The notes below the pieces were generated by a model. That model was not told the DNA's origin, made no database searches, and was given only the letters and a program-made list of their open reading frames with translations. Shown in pieces: positions 11,114 to 19,636 of a stretch of DNA of 64,000 nt. How positions within the stretch are numbered: position 1 is the first letter of the stretch; the number at the start of each line of letters is the position of its first letter. The stretch covers positions 3,936,001-4,000,000 of the forward strand of contig OZ242195.1 in NCBI GenBank assembly GCA_965205975.1, read 5' to 3'. Source of the DNA: Candidatus Latescibacterota bacterium (lineage in GTDB: Bacteria; Latescibacterota; UBA2968). A program made the position numbers and the translations under genes.

Positions 11114-12406
11114 ATGATCGAACTCATCACATACAACCGCGACAAAACACCCCCAAAACTCGACGCCATCCTCTCGCGCAGCCCTGATTTCTCCGCCGAA
11201 CAGGAAGCCACCGTGCGGGAAATCGTCACCACCGTAAAAAAACAGGGGGATCGCGCCCTGCTCGCGTACACCAAAAAATACGACGGCATCGACATAATCG
11301 ACATCCGCGTGCCCGAAACCGAAATCAAAGCCGCCCATCGCAACGCCGACCCCAAATTCATCGAAATCATAGACGCAGCCGCGACAAACATCCGCAAATT
11401 TCACGAAACCCAGCGACAAACATCCTACTTCATCGAAGACGGCGACGGCGTCATCCTCGGCAAACGCATCCTCCCCATCGAACGCGTTGCCCTGCTCATC
11501 CCCGGTGCAAGTGCCCCCTTATTCTCCACCCTGCTCATGGCCGCCATCCCCGCGCAAATCGCGGGCGTCCCGCACCTCTGCGTCGCCACGCCCCCTCAGG
11601 CAAACGGCACCATACACCCCGCCGTCCTCGCCACAGCCCATCACCTGGGCATACGCGAAATCTACAAAGTATTTGGCGCGCAAGCCATCGCCGCACTCGC
11701 CTATGGCACCGACACCATACCCCGCGTTGACAAACTCGTCGGACCCGGCAACCCTTATGTACAAATCGCAAAAAAACTCGTTTTCGGAACCGTTGACATC
11801 GACATGATCGCCGGACCCAGCGAAATCGTCGTCATCGCCGACCACACCGCAAACGCCAAACACATCGCCGCCGACCTCCTCTCACAGGCCGAACACGGCA
11901 GCGGCTTTGAAGCCGCGGTCTGCATCACGCCCTCTGCCGACCTCGCAACGCAAATCGCCGACGAAATCGCCCATCAAGCCGCCGACCTGACGCACCGCGA
12001 AGCCATACAAAAAGCACTCGACCGATTCGGCGCAATCGTCGTCGTCCGCGACCTCGCCGAAGGCATTGACCTCGCCAACCGCATTGCACCCGAACACCTC
12101 GAACTCATCGTCGCCGACCCCTGGGCGCATCTACAATCGGTTCGCCATGCCGGCGCTGTATTCCTCGGCGCGGCATCATCCGAACCCGTGGGCGACTACT
12201 ACGCGGGCACCAACCACATCCTGCCCACAGCTGGCGCTGCCCGATTCGCGTCATCCGTTGGCGTTGACACCTTCACCAAAACCATCAGCATCTTGCAATA
12301 CACCGAACAACGCCTGCAAAAAACCGCGGGCCACATCATCAGCATGGCCGAAACCGAGGGCCTCGACGCACATGCCAATGCCATCAGGATCAGGATGGGA
12401 AAATGA
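11114..12406 (+). CDS. hisD: Histidinol dehydrogenase
   Basis: GPGNPYV, DMIAGPSE, DLLSQAEH, APEHLEL, GDYYAGTNHILPT. Confidence 0.97.
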   Translation: MIELITYNRDKTPPKLDAILSRSPDFSAEQEATVREIVTTVKKQGDRALLAYTKKYDGIDIIDIRVPETEIKAAHRNADPKFIEIIDAAATNIRKFHETQRQTSYFIEDGDGVILGKRILPIERVALLIPGASAPLFSTLLMAAIPAQIAGVPHLCVATPPQANGTIHPAVLATAHHLGIREIYKVFGAQAIAALAYGTDTIPRVDKLVGPGNPYVQIAKKLVFGTVDIDMIAGPSEIVVIADHTANAKHIAADLLSQAEHGSGFEAAVCITPSADLATQIADEIAHQAADLTHREAIQKALDRFGAIVVVRDLAEGIDLANRIAPEHLELIVADPWAHLQSVRHAGAVFLGAASSEPVGDYYAGTNHILPTAGAARFASSVGVDTFTKTISILQYTEQRLQKTAGHIISMAETEGLDAHANAIRIRMGK

Positions 12407-13467
12407 CCTATCTCCAAAACATAAAACCCGAAGTCCGCGCCCTGCACGGATATCATCTCACAGCCTATGACTGTCCCATCAAGCTCAACCAGAACGAAAG
12501 CCCTTATGACGTACCCGACAGCTTGAAAGACGACATCTTGCGCGCCGTCCGCGACAAATCCTGGTCGCGCTATCCCGAACCCATGCAAATGGACCTCGTC
12601 GAAGCACTCGCCGACCACGTAGGCGTCCAACCCGAAGGACTCATCGTCTGCAACGGATCGAACACCCTCGTGCAACTCGTCCTCGGCGTCGTATCTGCCC
12701 CCGGTGTCCAGGTCGTCATCCCCTCACCCTCGTTCTCTCTTTACGGTCTCTACACCGACATATTCAGCGGACGCATCCTCGACGTTCCCCTCACAGAAAA
12801 CTACGGCTTCGACATCCCGGCTTTATGCCGCGCTACCAGCGAAAAAAACGTGCGCCTCATCATCCTCTGCTCCCCCAACAACCCCACGGGATGTGCCATC
12901 TCAAACGCGGACCTCGACAAACTCCTATCCAGCACCAGCGCCCTCGTCATGGTCGATGAAGCCTACGGCGAATTCTACAACCAAACCGCCATCGACCTCT
13001 TGCCCAAACACCCCAACCTCATCGTACTCAAAACCCTCTCCAAAGCATTTGGCGCCGCTGGCATCCGCATCGGATATCTCATCGCCCATCCCGACTTGCG
13101 CGACGAAATCATCAAAGGCAAAATCCCCTTTGACATCAACATCTTCTCGCACACAGCAGCCATGGCCATCCTCAACCACAAAGACCTCATACAAAAACGC
13201 ATCGCATTTATATGCTCAGAACGCGAGCGCGTCTTCCAATCTCTCACCCAAATAGATGGCGTCACACCCTACCCATCACACGCCAACCTCATCCTCTTTG
13301 AAGTCGCCGATCCAGACCTCGTCTTCACCGGACTAATCGAACAAGGCGTACTCATCCGCAACGTCACATCCTATCCCATGCTCGACAGGGCGCTGCGCGT
13401 ATCCATCGGCACAGAACGAGAAAACGACCGTTTTTTAGACGCTCTAAAAAGAACATTGGAACAGTGA
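12403..13467 (+). CDS. hisC: Histidinol-phosphate aminotransferase
   Basis: KLNQNESP, CSPNNPTG, VDEAYGEF, KTLSKAFGAAGIRIGY; ATGA overlap with hisD. Confidence 0.93.
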   Translation: MTYLQNIKPEVRALHGYHLTAYDCPIKLNQNESPYDVPDSLKDDILRAVRDKSWSRYPEPMQMDLVEALADHVGVQPEGLIVCNGSNTLVQLVLGVVSAPGVQVVIPSPSFSLYGLYTDIFSGRILDVPLTENYGFDIPALCRATSEKNVRLIILCSPNNPTGCAISNADLDKLLSSTSALVMVDEAYGEFYNQTAIDLLPKHPNLIVLKTLSKAFGAAGIRIGYLIAHPDLRDEIIKGKIPFDINIFSHTAAMAILNHKDLIQKRIAFICSERERVFQSLTQIDGVTPYPSHANLILFEVADPDLVFTGLIEQGVLIRNVTSYPMLDRALRVSIGTERENDRFLDALKRTLEQ

Positions 13468-13476
13468 GACAAACCC

Positions 13477-14883
13477 ATGCCAAAACCAACAGACATAAAA
13501 ATCAAAACCGTCGCCACCTACTTCCTCCCCGTACAAACGCGCATACCCTATCGCTTTGGCACCGAACAACTCGACAGCGTCACCTGCGTCAGAGTTCGCA
13601 TCGACATTGAAGACAAGCGCGGCAACACCGCTTCAGGTTGGGGAGAAACACCCTTAAGCGCGCCCTGGGCATGGCCATCGCCACACCTTACTTATGCCAT
13701 CCGAGAAACGGCCATGAAAAACTTCTGCCTCAAAATCGGACGCGCATGGGCAGATATCGACACAACCGGTCACCCCATCGAAATCGGCCACACATTCCAG
13801 GAAAACATCCTCCCCAATCTCCTATCGGCCTTCAACATCGAACAACAAAATACCACAGGGGACATGCCCCGCCTATCCGCGCTCGTCTGTGCCTCGGCTT
13901 ATGACCTCGCCCTGCACGACGCTTATGGCATGTGCCACAACATCGACATCTACGACACGTACAACGCAGACTTCATGAACGCCGACCTCTCGCACTACCT
14001 CGACCCCGCCGACGACATCGACGACAACTTCGCCGGTCGCTATCCCGAAAACTATCTCATCCGCCCGCGACCAAACCACCTGCCCGCATGGCACGCCGTA
14101 GGCGGCAACGACCTCCTCGACGACGCCGAACGCACGGGCGATGAACCCGACGACGGCTATCCCGTAGTCCTCCCCGACTGGATACGGCGCGACGGCATCA
14201 CCTGCCTCAAAATCAAACTCACCGGACAAGAACCCGGGTGGGATTACGACCGCATCGTCCGCATCGGACAAATCGGCATCGAACACAACGCCATGTGGTT
14301 GTGTACAGACTTCAACTGCACCGTCCAACAAGTCGATTACGTCAACGACATCCTGGACCGCCTCCTCACCGACCACCCGCGCATCTATCAAATGATCCTC
14401 TACGTCGAACAGCCCTTTGCCTATGAACTATCCGACAACCCCCTCCACGTACACAGTATCTCTGCGCGCAAACCCCTCTTCATGGACGAAAGCGCGCACG
14501 ACTGGCGCGTGATATGCCTGGGGCGGCAACTCGGCTGGACCGGCGTAGCCCTCAAAACCTGCAAAACCCAGACCGGCGCCCTGCTCTCCCTTTGCTGGGC
14601 GCGCGCACACGGCATGACACTCATGGTACAGGACCTCACAAATCCCATGCTCGCGCAAATCCCCCACACCCTGCTCACCGCGTATGCCGGAACCGTCATG
14701 GGCTTTGAAACCAACGCCATGCAATTCTACCCCGACGCCTCAATCCCCGAAGCCGCCGTACACCCCGGCGTCTATCGCCGGCAAAACGGCCACATCGACA
14801 TCTCCACAGTCGAAGGTCCCGGCTTTGGATACAAACACGACCAGATCGACCGCACACTACCGGAACCTGCTGATGAGAATTAA
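13477..14883 (+). CDS. Enolase-superfamily (mandelate racemase/epimerase-like) protein
   Basis: KIK motif (LKIKL), TDFN, YVEQP, MDES metal ligands, ALKTCK, GPGFG. Confidence 0.8.
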   Translation: MPKPTDIKIKTVATYFLPVQTRIPYRFGTEQLDSVTCVRVRIDIEDKRGNTASGWGETPLSAPWAWPSPHLTYAIRETAMKNFCLKIGRAWADIDTTGHPIEIGHTFQENILPNLLSAFNIEQQNTTGDMPRLSALVCASAYDLALHDAYGMCHNIDIYDTYNADFMNADLSHYLDPADDIDDNFAGRYPENYLIRPRPNHLPAWHAVGGNDLLDDAERTGDEPDDGYPVVLPDWIRRDGITCLKIKLTGQEPGWDYDRIVRIGQIGIEHNAMWLCTDFNCTVQQVDYVNDILDRLLTDHPRIYQMILYVEQPFAYELSDNPLHVHSISARKPLFMDESAHDWRVICLGRQLGWTGVALKTCKTQTGALLSLCWARAHGMTLMVQDLTNPMLAQIPHTLLTAYAGTVMGFETNAMQFYPDASIPEAAVHPGVYRRQNGHIDISTVEGPGFGYKHDQIDRTLPEPADEN

Positions 14884-14886
14884 AAG

Positions 14887-14958
14887 GCAAAACCTTCTGG
14901 ATTGCGGCTTACACCCTGCCGCGATGACACACGGGACGGCACGGGGGCCGTCCCCTAC
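14887..14958. repeat. Two adjacent palindromic REP-like units
   Basis: TGGATTGCGGCTTACACCCTGCCGCGATGAC (related copies at 23557-23630 and 35943-35975) and GGGACGGCACGGGGGCCGTCCCCTAC (related copy at 38444-38496). Confidence 0.75.
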
Positions 14959-14977
14959 ACAAAAAGGCACATATCCA

Positions 14978-15568
14978 ATGTCCTCACGCACCGCACACAT
15001 CCAGCGCAAAACCTCTGAAACCGACATCGACCTCACCCTCGCCCTCACGGGCACGGGAGAATCGCACATCGACACGGGCATCGGCTTCTTTGACCACATG
15101 CTCACAGCCCTTGCCCGCCACGGCTTATTCGACCTCACCGTCACCTGTAAAGGCGACCTCGAAGTCGATGCCCACCACACCGTCGAAGACGTCGGCATCT
15201 GCCTCGGTCAAGCACTATCCAACGCACTGGGCGACAAAGCCGGCATCGCGCGATTCGGCGCTGCGTACGTACCCATGGACGAAGCCCTCGCCCGCGCCGT
15301 CGTCGATCTCTCTGGCCGCGCGCACCTCATCTATAACGCCGCATTCGCCGAAGAACGCATCGGCGCATTTCCCACGGCACTGGGCCTCGAATTTTTCACC
15401 GCACTCGCGCACAACAGCCGCATGAACCTGCACATCGACCTCATCCGCGGCAACAACGCGCACCACGGCATGGAAGCCATCTTCAAAGCCGTCGCCCGAT
15501 CCCTGCGACAAGCCGTCACCCTCGACAACAGGATCAGCGGCATACCCTCAACCAAAGGAAGCCTGTGA
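14978..15568 (+). CDS. hisB: Imidazoleglycerol-phosphate dehydratase
   Basis: RKTSETDI, TGIGFFDHML, DAHHTVEDVGI, PMDEAL, NAHHGMEAIFKA, PSTKGSL; start set at ATG 14978. Confidence 0.97.
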   Translation: MSSRTAHIQRKTSETDIDLTLALTGTGESHIDTGIGFFDHMLTALARHGLFDLTVTCKGDLEVDAHHTVEDVGICLGQALSNALGDKAGIARFGAAYVPMDEALARAVVDLSGRAHLIYNAAFAEERIGAFPTALGLEFFTALAHNSRMNLHIDLIRGNNAHHGMEAIFKAVARSLRQAVTLDNRISGIPSTKGSL

Positions 15569-16131
15569 ACGCAAAACCCGCAGCATTCATCGACCGCGAC
15601 GGCACAATCAACATCGAGGTCCACTACCTCAACCGCGTGGAACAACTCCAACTCATCCCACGCGCGGGAGAAGCCATTGCGCGCCTCAACCAGGCCGGTT
15701 ATCCCGTCATCGTCATCACCAACCAATCCGCCATAGGTCGCGGCCTGCTCACAGAAACCGGACTCTCTGAGATCCACCGCGAACTCAAACGTCAATTATC
15801 AGCCTACAACGCCTCCATCGACGCCATCTACCATTGCCCCCATCACGAAAGAGACAACTGCACCTGCCGCAAACCCGCGCCGGGCATGATCTTGCGCGCC
15901 GCCAATGAACACAACATCGACCTCGCGGGTTCTATCATGATAGGCGACAACGCAACCGACCTCGAAGCCGGATGGAACGCCGGCTGTCGCGCAGCCCTCG
16001 TGCGAACCGGCTCTGGCGAAGATGCCCTGAAAAAAATCGACCGACAAACGCGCGACCGCATAAGCTATATTGGCAACGACTTATTCGACGTCGTAGAAGA
16101 ATTCTTAAACATTAGTCGCACATTGCAATGA
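15565..16131 (+). CDS. HAD IIIA phosphatase (GmhB / histidinol-phosphatase-like)
   Basis: FIDRDGTI, ITNQSAIGRG, CPHH..CTCRKPAPGM, MIGD..TD; GTGA overlap with hisB. Confidence 0.88.
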   Translation: MNAKPAAFIDRDGTINIEVHYLNRVEQLQLIPRAGEAIARLNQAGYPVIVITNQSAIGRGLLTETGLSEIHRELKRQLSAYNASIDAIYHCPHHERDNCTCRKPAPGMILRAANEHNIDLAGSIMIGDNATDLEAGWNAGCRAALVRTGSGEDALKKIDRQTRDRISYIGNDLFDVVEEFLNISRTLQ

Positions 16132-16207
16132 CCGACGACCTTTACATTCCAACGCGAAATAGGTAAATTACATATAAGAAAAAATATCATAAAAAGGAGA
16201 ATATATC

Positions 16208-16447
16208 ATGAGCGCAATTAAAGAATCTCTCTACCAAACGATAGACCAATTAAATGAAGGCGAACTCCTTCAGGTGTTAGAGTTTGTCCATAAAATCAAC
16301 AAAGTAAGCGAGATCTCTCAAATCAAAACATCATTGGCTAATGATCCAGCTATAAAATTTCCTGCAGATAATAGTTTTAGAAAGGTTAAACCCGTGTGCG
16401 GCAAGGGTACCTCTGCATCTGAACTTTTATTGAAAGATCGTAAATGA
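16208..16447 (+). CDS. Small antitoxin-like protein (DUF2281-like), no toxin partner
   Basis: AGGAGA RBS; AT-rich; IDQL.E.EL.QVLEFV N-terminus and ASELLLKDR C-terminus recall VapB-type antitoxins. Confidence 0.55.
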   Translation: MSAIKESLYQTIDQLNEGELLQVLEFVHKINKVSEISQIKTSLANDPAIKFPADNSFRKVKPVCGKGTSASELLLKDRK

Positions 16448-16457
16448 TTATTTTTTA

Positions 16458-17564
16458 ATGAAAATTCTACACACCTTATACGACGACATCGACAACCCCT
16501 GGTGTGGTGGGGGTGGTGCTCTGCGCACATGGGAAATAGCCCGTCGCCTGTCGCACAAACACCAGATCACCATTATAACAGGCGCGTATCCCAACGCACC
16601 CAGAGAAGAAACCCGAGAAGGCGTACACATCCGCCGCGTGGGATCAGACCGCTCGTATCTCCGGAGCCGAATGAGCTTTGCCCACCACGCCTCCCGCGAA
16701 ATCGCCCGCGCAAACCCCGACCTGTGGGTGCATCAATTCTCGGCCTTTGCCCCCCTCTTCGTCTCCGCAAAAAAAAGACGCGACAGCCTCCTCGAATTCT
16801 TCCACTTCATGGACGACCACGCCATTGCAAAATATCCCCTGCTCGGCCACATTGCCCGCAAAGCCGAACAGCGCGCCCTGCGCCTTCACCCGCACATCCT
16901 GACCATCTCGCCCACCGTCACGCGCCAGCTTGAAAAACGCGCGACAAACGCGCAATTTCACCTCGTCTATACCGGCGTCGATCAAATCTGTTTTGAAGCA
17001 CCCTGGGCAGAAGAGAATTACATCCTCTATTTTGGACGCATGGACATCCACAACAAAGGCATCGACGTCCTCCTATCCGCCTTTGCCAAACTCAACGCAC
17101 CCGACATCCGCCTCATTCTCTCAGGTCGCGGAACCCCGCAAAGCAAACGCGAAATACGATCCATCGCCAATGATCTCAACATCGCAAACCGCGTCGAATT
17201 CACCGGCGCCGTCACACCCGAACAAAAAAATAGCCTCATAGGCCATGCCCTCTTCGTCTGCACCCCCTCGCGCTACGAAGGCTGGGGCATCGTCGCCATC
17301 GAAGCCGCTGCCGCAGCCAAATCCGTCATAGGCACAAATATCCCCGGATTGGCAGATGCCATCCGCGCCGATGAAACCGGTCTCCTCGTCCCCCCCGAAA
17401 ATCCCCAGGCACTCGCCAGCGCCATGAACCGCCTGCGCAGCGACGCCCTCCTGCGCAAACGCCTGGGAACAGCAGGGAGAAAATGGGCCGCCCAATTCAC
17501 CTGGGACCGCACGGCACAGGCGCAAGAAGAAGTCTATTTGAAAGTTGCCAAACAACAGGTTTAA
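16458..17564 (+). CDS. Glycosyltransferase family 4
   Basis: GGG start motif, YFGR..HNKGID, PSRYEGWGIVAIEA. Confidence 0.9.
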   Translation: MKILHTLYDDIDNPWCGGGGALRTWEIARRLSHKHQITIITGAYPNAPREETREGVHIRRVGSDRSYLRSRMSFAHHASREIARANPDLWVHQFSAFAPLFVSAKKRRDSLLEFFHFMDDHAIAKYPLLGHIARKAEQRALRLHPHILTISPTVTRQLEKRATNAQFHLVYTGVDQICFEAPWAEENYILYFGRMDIHNKGIDVLLSAFAKLNAPDIRLILSGRGTPQSKREIRSIANDLNIANRVEFTGAVTPEQKNSLIGHALFVCTPSRYEGWGIVAIEAAAAAKSVIGTNIPGLADAIRADETGLLVPPENPQALASAMNRLRSDALLRKRLGTAGRKWAAQFTWDRTAQAQEEVYLKVAKQQV

Positions 17565-17624
17565 ATACATCTTTAAGACATTGATGGATTTATGGACGAA
17601 ACCCAAAATACAGGAGGTGCGATC

Positions 17625-18908
17625 GTGAAACTGAAATCCGTAACAATTGAAAATTATCGCGCCATAGAAAACCTCGTACTACCTCTTGACCAAAAACTAA
17701 CCGTGTTGCACGGAGCCAATGGGCACGGCAAAACGAGTGTTCTGAGCGCGATTGCTGTGGGTTTGGGAGAGTGGCTGGGATCTTTTCTCAATGAATTGTC
17801 CTTTGATCTTTCCGAGGAGGATTGGCGTGAGGGCGCAGGACCTCCGCAGATCATCGTCGAGTCAATAGATGGAATCATAGGGGAACGACAAGGAGATAAA
17901 GCGACAGATGAACGAGAGGAAGCGCAGAGAATAGCTATCAATGATGCGATGCGGTCGGGATTAGAAGAAGCTCTTGCTACAAGAGAGGAAGATATGCCGA
18001 TAGTCGCCTTCTATGGCACTGATCGCATGTTATCCGATATACCGGACTGGGTATTGTCACAACGTGGTTCCCAATACAAGCCCTCTCGTCGTGACGCACT
18101 GAAGGGTGCCCTTGCCCACACAGATTTCGAGGATCTCTTGACCTGGTTTTATTTTAAAGAAAACGAAGAGCTTCGAGAACGGAGAGAGCGGCGCGATTTC
18201 GATTATCAACTCAAAGATGTATCCATAATTCGTCAGGCGATCTCCTCCATGCTTCCGGAAGTGTCCGACCCACGTATCGAGTTAAACCCACTTCGTTTTG
18301 TGGTATCCCAGAAATCCGAGGAAGGCCGGGCAGAAAAACTCTCCCTCAACCAATTGAGCGGCGGCTATCGCATCGTACTCGCGCTCGCGGCGGATCTCGC
18401 GCGGCGCATGGCACAGGGCAACCCGCACATGGACGACCCGCTCCAATCCGAAGCCATCGTCCTCATCGACGAAATCGAACTCCACCTGCATCCGGCGTGG
18501 CAGCAGCGCATCCTCAACGACCTCATGCGGACATTCCCCAACGCGCAATTCATCGTCACCACCCACAGCCCGCAGGTGCTAACGACAGTCGAGCCAGAGC
18601 GCATTGTAGAACTGTACCGAGATGGTGAAAACATTGTTGCCGAGCCACCTCCAGCAGCAACTTATGGTGCCGAAGCCGGAGATGTTCTCGCTGCGGTAAT
18701 GCATGTGAGCGAAAGACCCGATAACAAATTCACAAAAGTTCTGGATGAATACCGGCGTCTGGTCAGCGAAGGACAGGGCGAAACAACAGACGCCTTGAAG
18801 CTCAGGCGCAGGCTCGAAAAACTCTCGCCCCACGATTACGCCCTTATCAGTGCCGACCTCGAAATTAAGCAACGCAAACTATTCGAGCAAATGGCCGAGT
18901 CCCAATGA
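17625..18908 (+). CDS. ABC/AAA_15-21-type ATPase, PtuA (Septu / retron type I-A effector)-like
   Basis: IENYRAI, Walker A GANGHGKT, QLSGGYR signature, Walker B LIDEIELHLHP.WQ, TTHSP; AGGAGG RBS before GTG 17625. Confidence 0.85.
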   Translation: MKLKSVTIENYRAIENLVLPLDQKLTVLHGANGHGKTSVLSAIAVGLGEWLGSFLNELSFDLSEEDWREGAGPPQIIVESIDGIIGERQGDKATDEREEAQRIAINDAMRSGLEEALATREEDMPIVAFYGTDRMLSDIPDWVLSQRGSQYKPSRRDALKGALAHTDFEDLLTWFYFKENEELRERRERRDFDYQLKDVSIIRQAISSMLPEVSDPRIELNPLRFVVSQKSEEGRAEKLSLNQLSGGYRIVLALAADLARRMAQGNPHMDDPLQSEAIVLIDEIELHLHPAWQQRILNDLMRTFPNAQFIVTTHSPQVLTTVEPERIVELYRDGENIVAEPPPAATYGAEAGDVLAAVMHVSERPDNKFTKVLDEYRRLVSEGQGETTDALKLRRRLEKLSPHDYALISADLEIKQRKLFEQMAESQ

Positions 18909-19633
18909 AGAAAATCCGAGAAGTGAACGAATCTACACCCGGCCTTGCTGAATATCTCAATATTGTGAGAGCCAATGCGAATTGGACCGAATTCTGCTCT
19001 CACAATTCGGGAGCGTCACGCAATGAACTCATGGATGCGCTGGCCCAAAACCAGCATGGACTTTGCGCCTACTGCGAGATTGCAATCCCAGCATGGCCTC
19101 GTCAGATTGAACATGTGATCCCGCAGAGCGACGACGAAATGGGTAAATCAAAGGCCCTCGATATAGCCAATCTGGTCGCCTGTTGTGTAGGTGGAACAGA
19201 ATCGAAGGCCAGTAAGCGCGGGGGAACAAGCTGTGGCCAGGCAAAGGGGAATCAGAACGACGAAAACTTTATTGACCCCCGGCTACTACCCGCCCGACCA
19301 TCGCTTATCAAGGTCCTTAGCGATGGCCTTATCGAAGTTGATGAAAAAGCGTGCGAATCTGAAGGTATTCCTACCGCTCGCGTTAGGAGAACTATTGATG
19401 ATATACTGAACCTCAACGCGGAACGGCTCCGGTTAGCGCGAACAAAATACTGGAACGAACTTGTCGAACGGTCAGGACAATTTGACGGTCCAGATAAAAT
19501 GAACGCCTGGATACGCTCTGTGTTGATACCGGAAGAGGAGGGACAATTGACGCCTTTTTTCACGACGACCCGATCTTACTTTACCCCACGCAGCGAATCC
19601 ATCCTCGCGCAACAACCTCAAACATGGATATAA
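18905..19633 (+). CDS. HNH endonuclease, PtuB / TIGR02646-like
   Basis: QHGLCAYCE..IEHVIPQS..NLVACC..SCGQAKGN..LNLN; ATGA overlap with the ATPase. Confidence 0.82.
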   Translation: MKKIREVNESTPGLAEYLNIVRANANWTEFCSHNSGASRNELMDALAQNQHGLCAYCEIAIPAWPRQIEHVIPQSDDEMGKSKALDIANLVACCVGGTESKASKRGGTSCGQAKGNQNDENFIDPRLLPARPSLIKVLSDGLIEVDEKACESEGIPTARVRRTIDDILNLNAERLRLARTKYWNELVERSGQFDGPDKMNAWIRSVLIPEEEGQLTPFFTTTRSYFTPRSESILAQQPQTWI

Positions 19634-19636
19634 ACT

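Noticed and set aside
14684..14977. N-terminal extension of HisB
   Set aside because: Overlaps the upstream gene and REP units; homology starts at ATG 14978
17565..19636. Complete retron (Ec78-like)
   Set aside because: No reverse transcriptase in the window and no space for msr-msd
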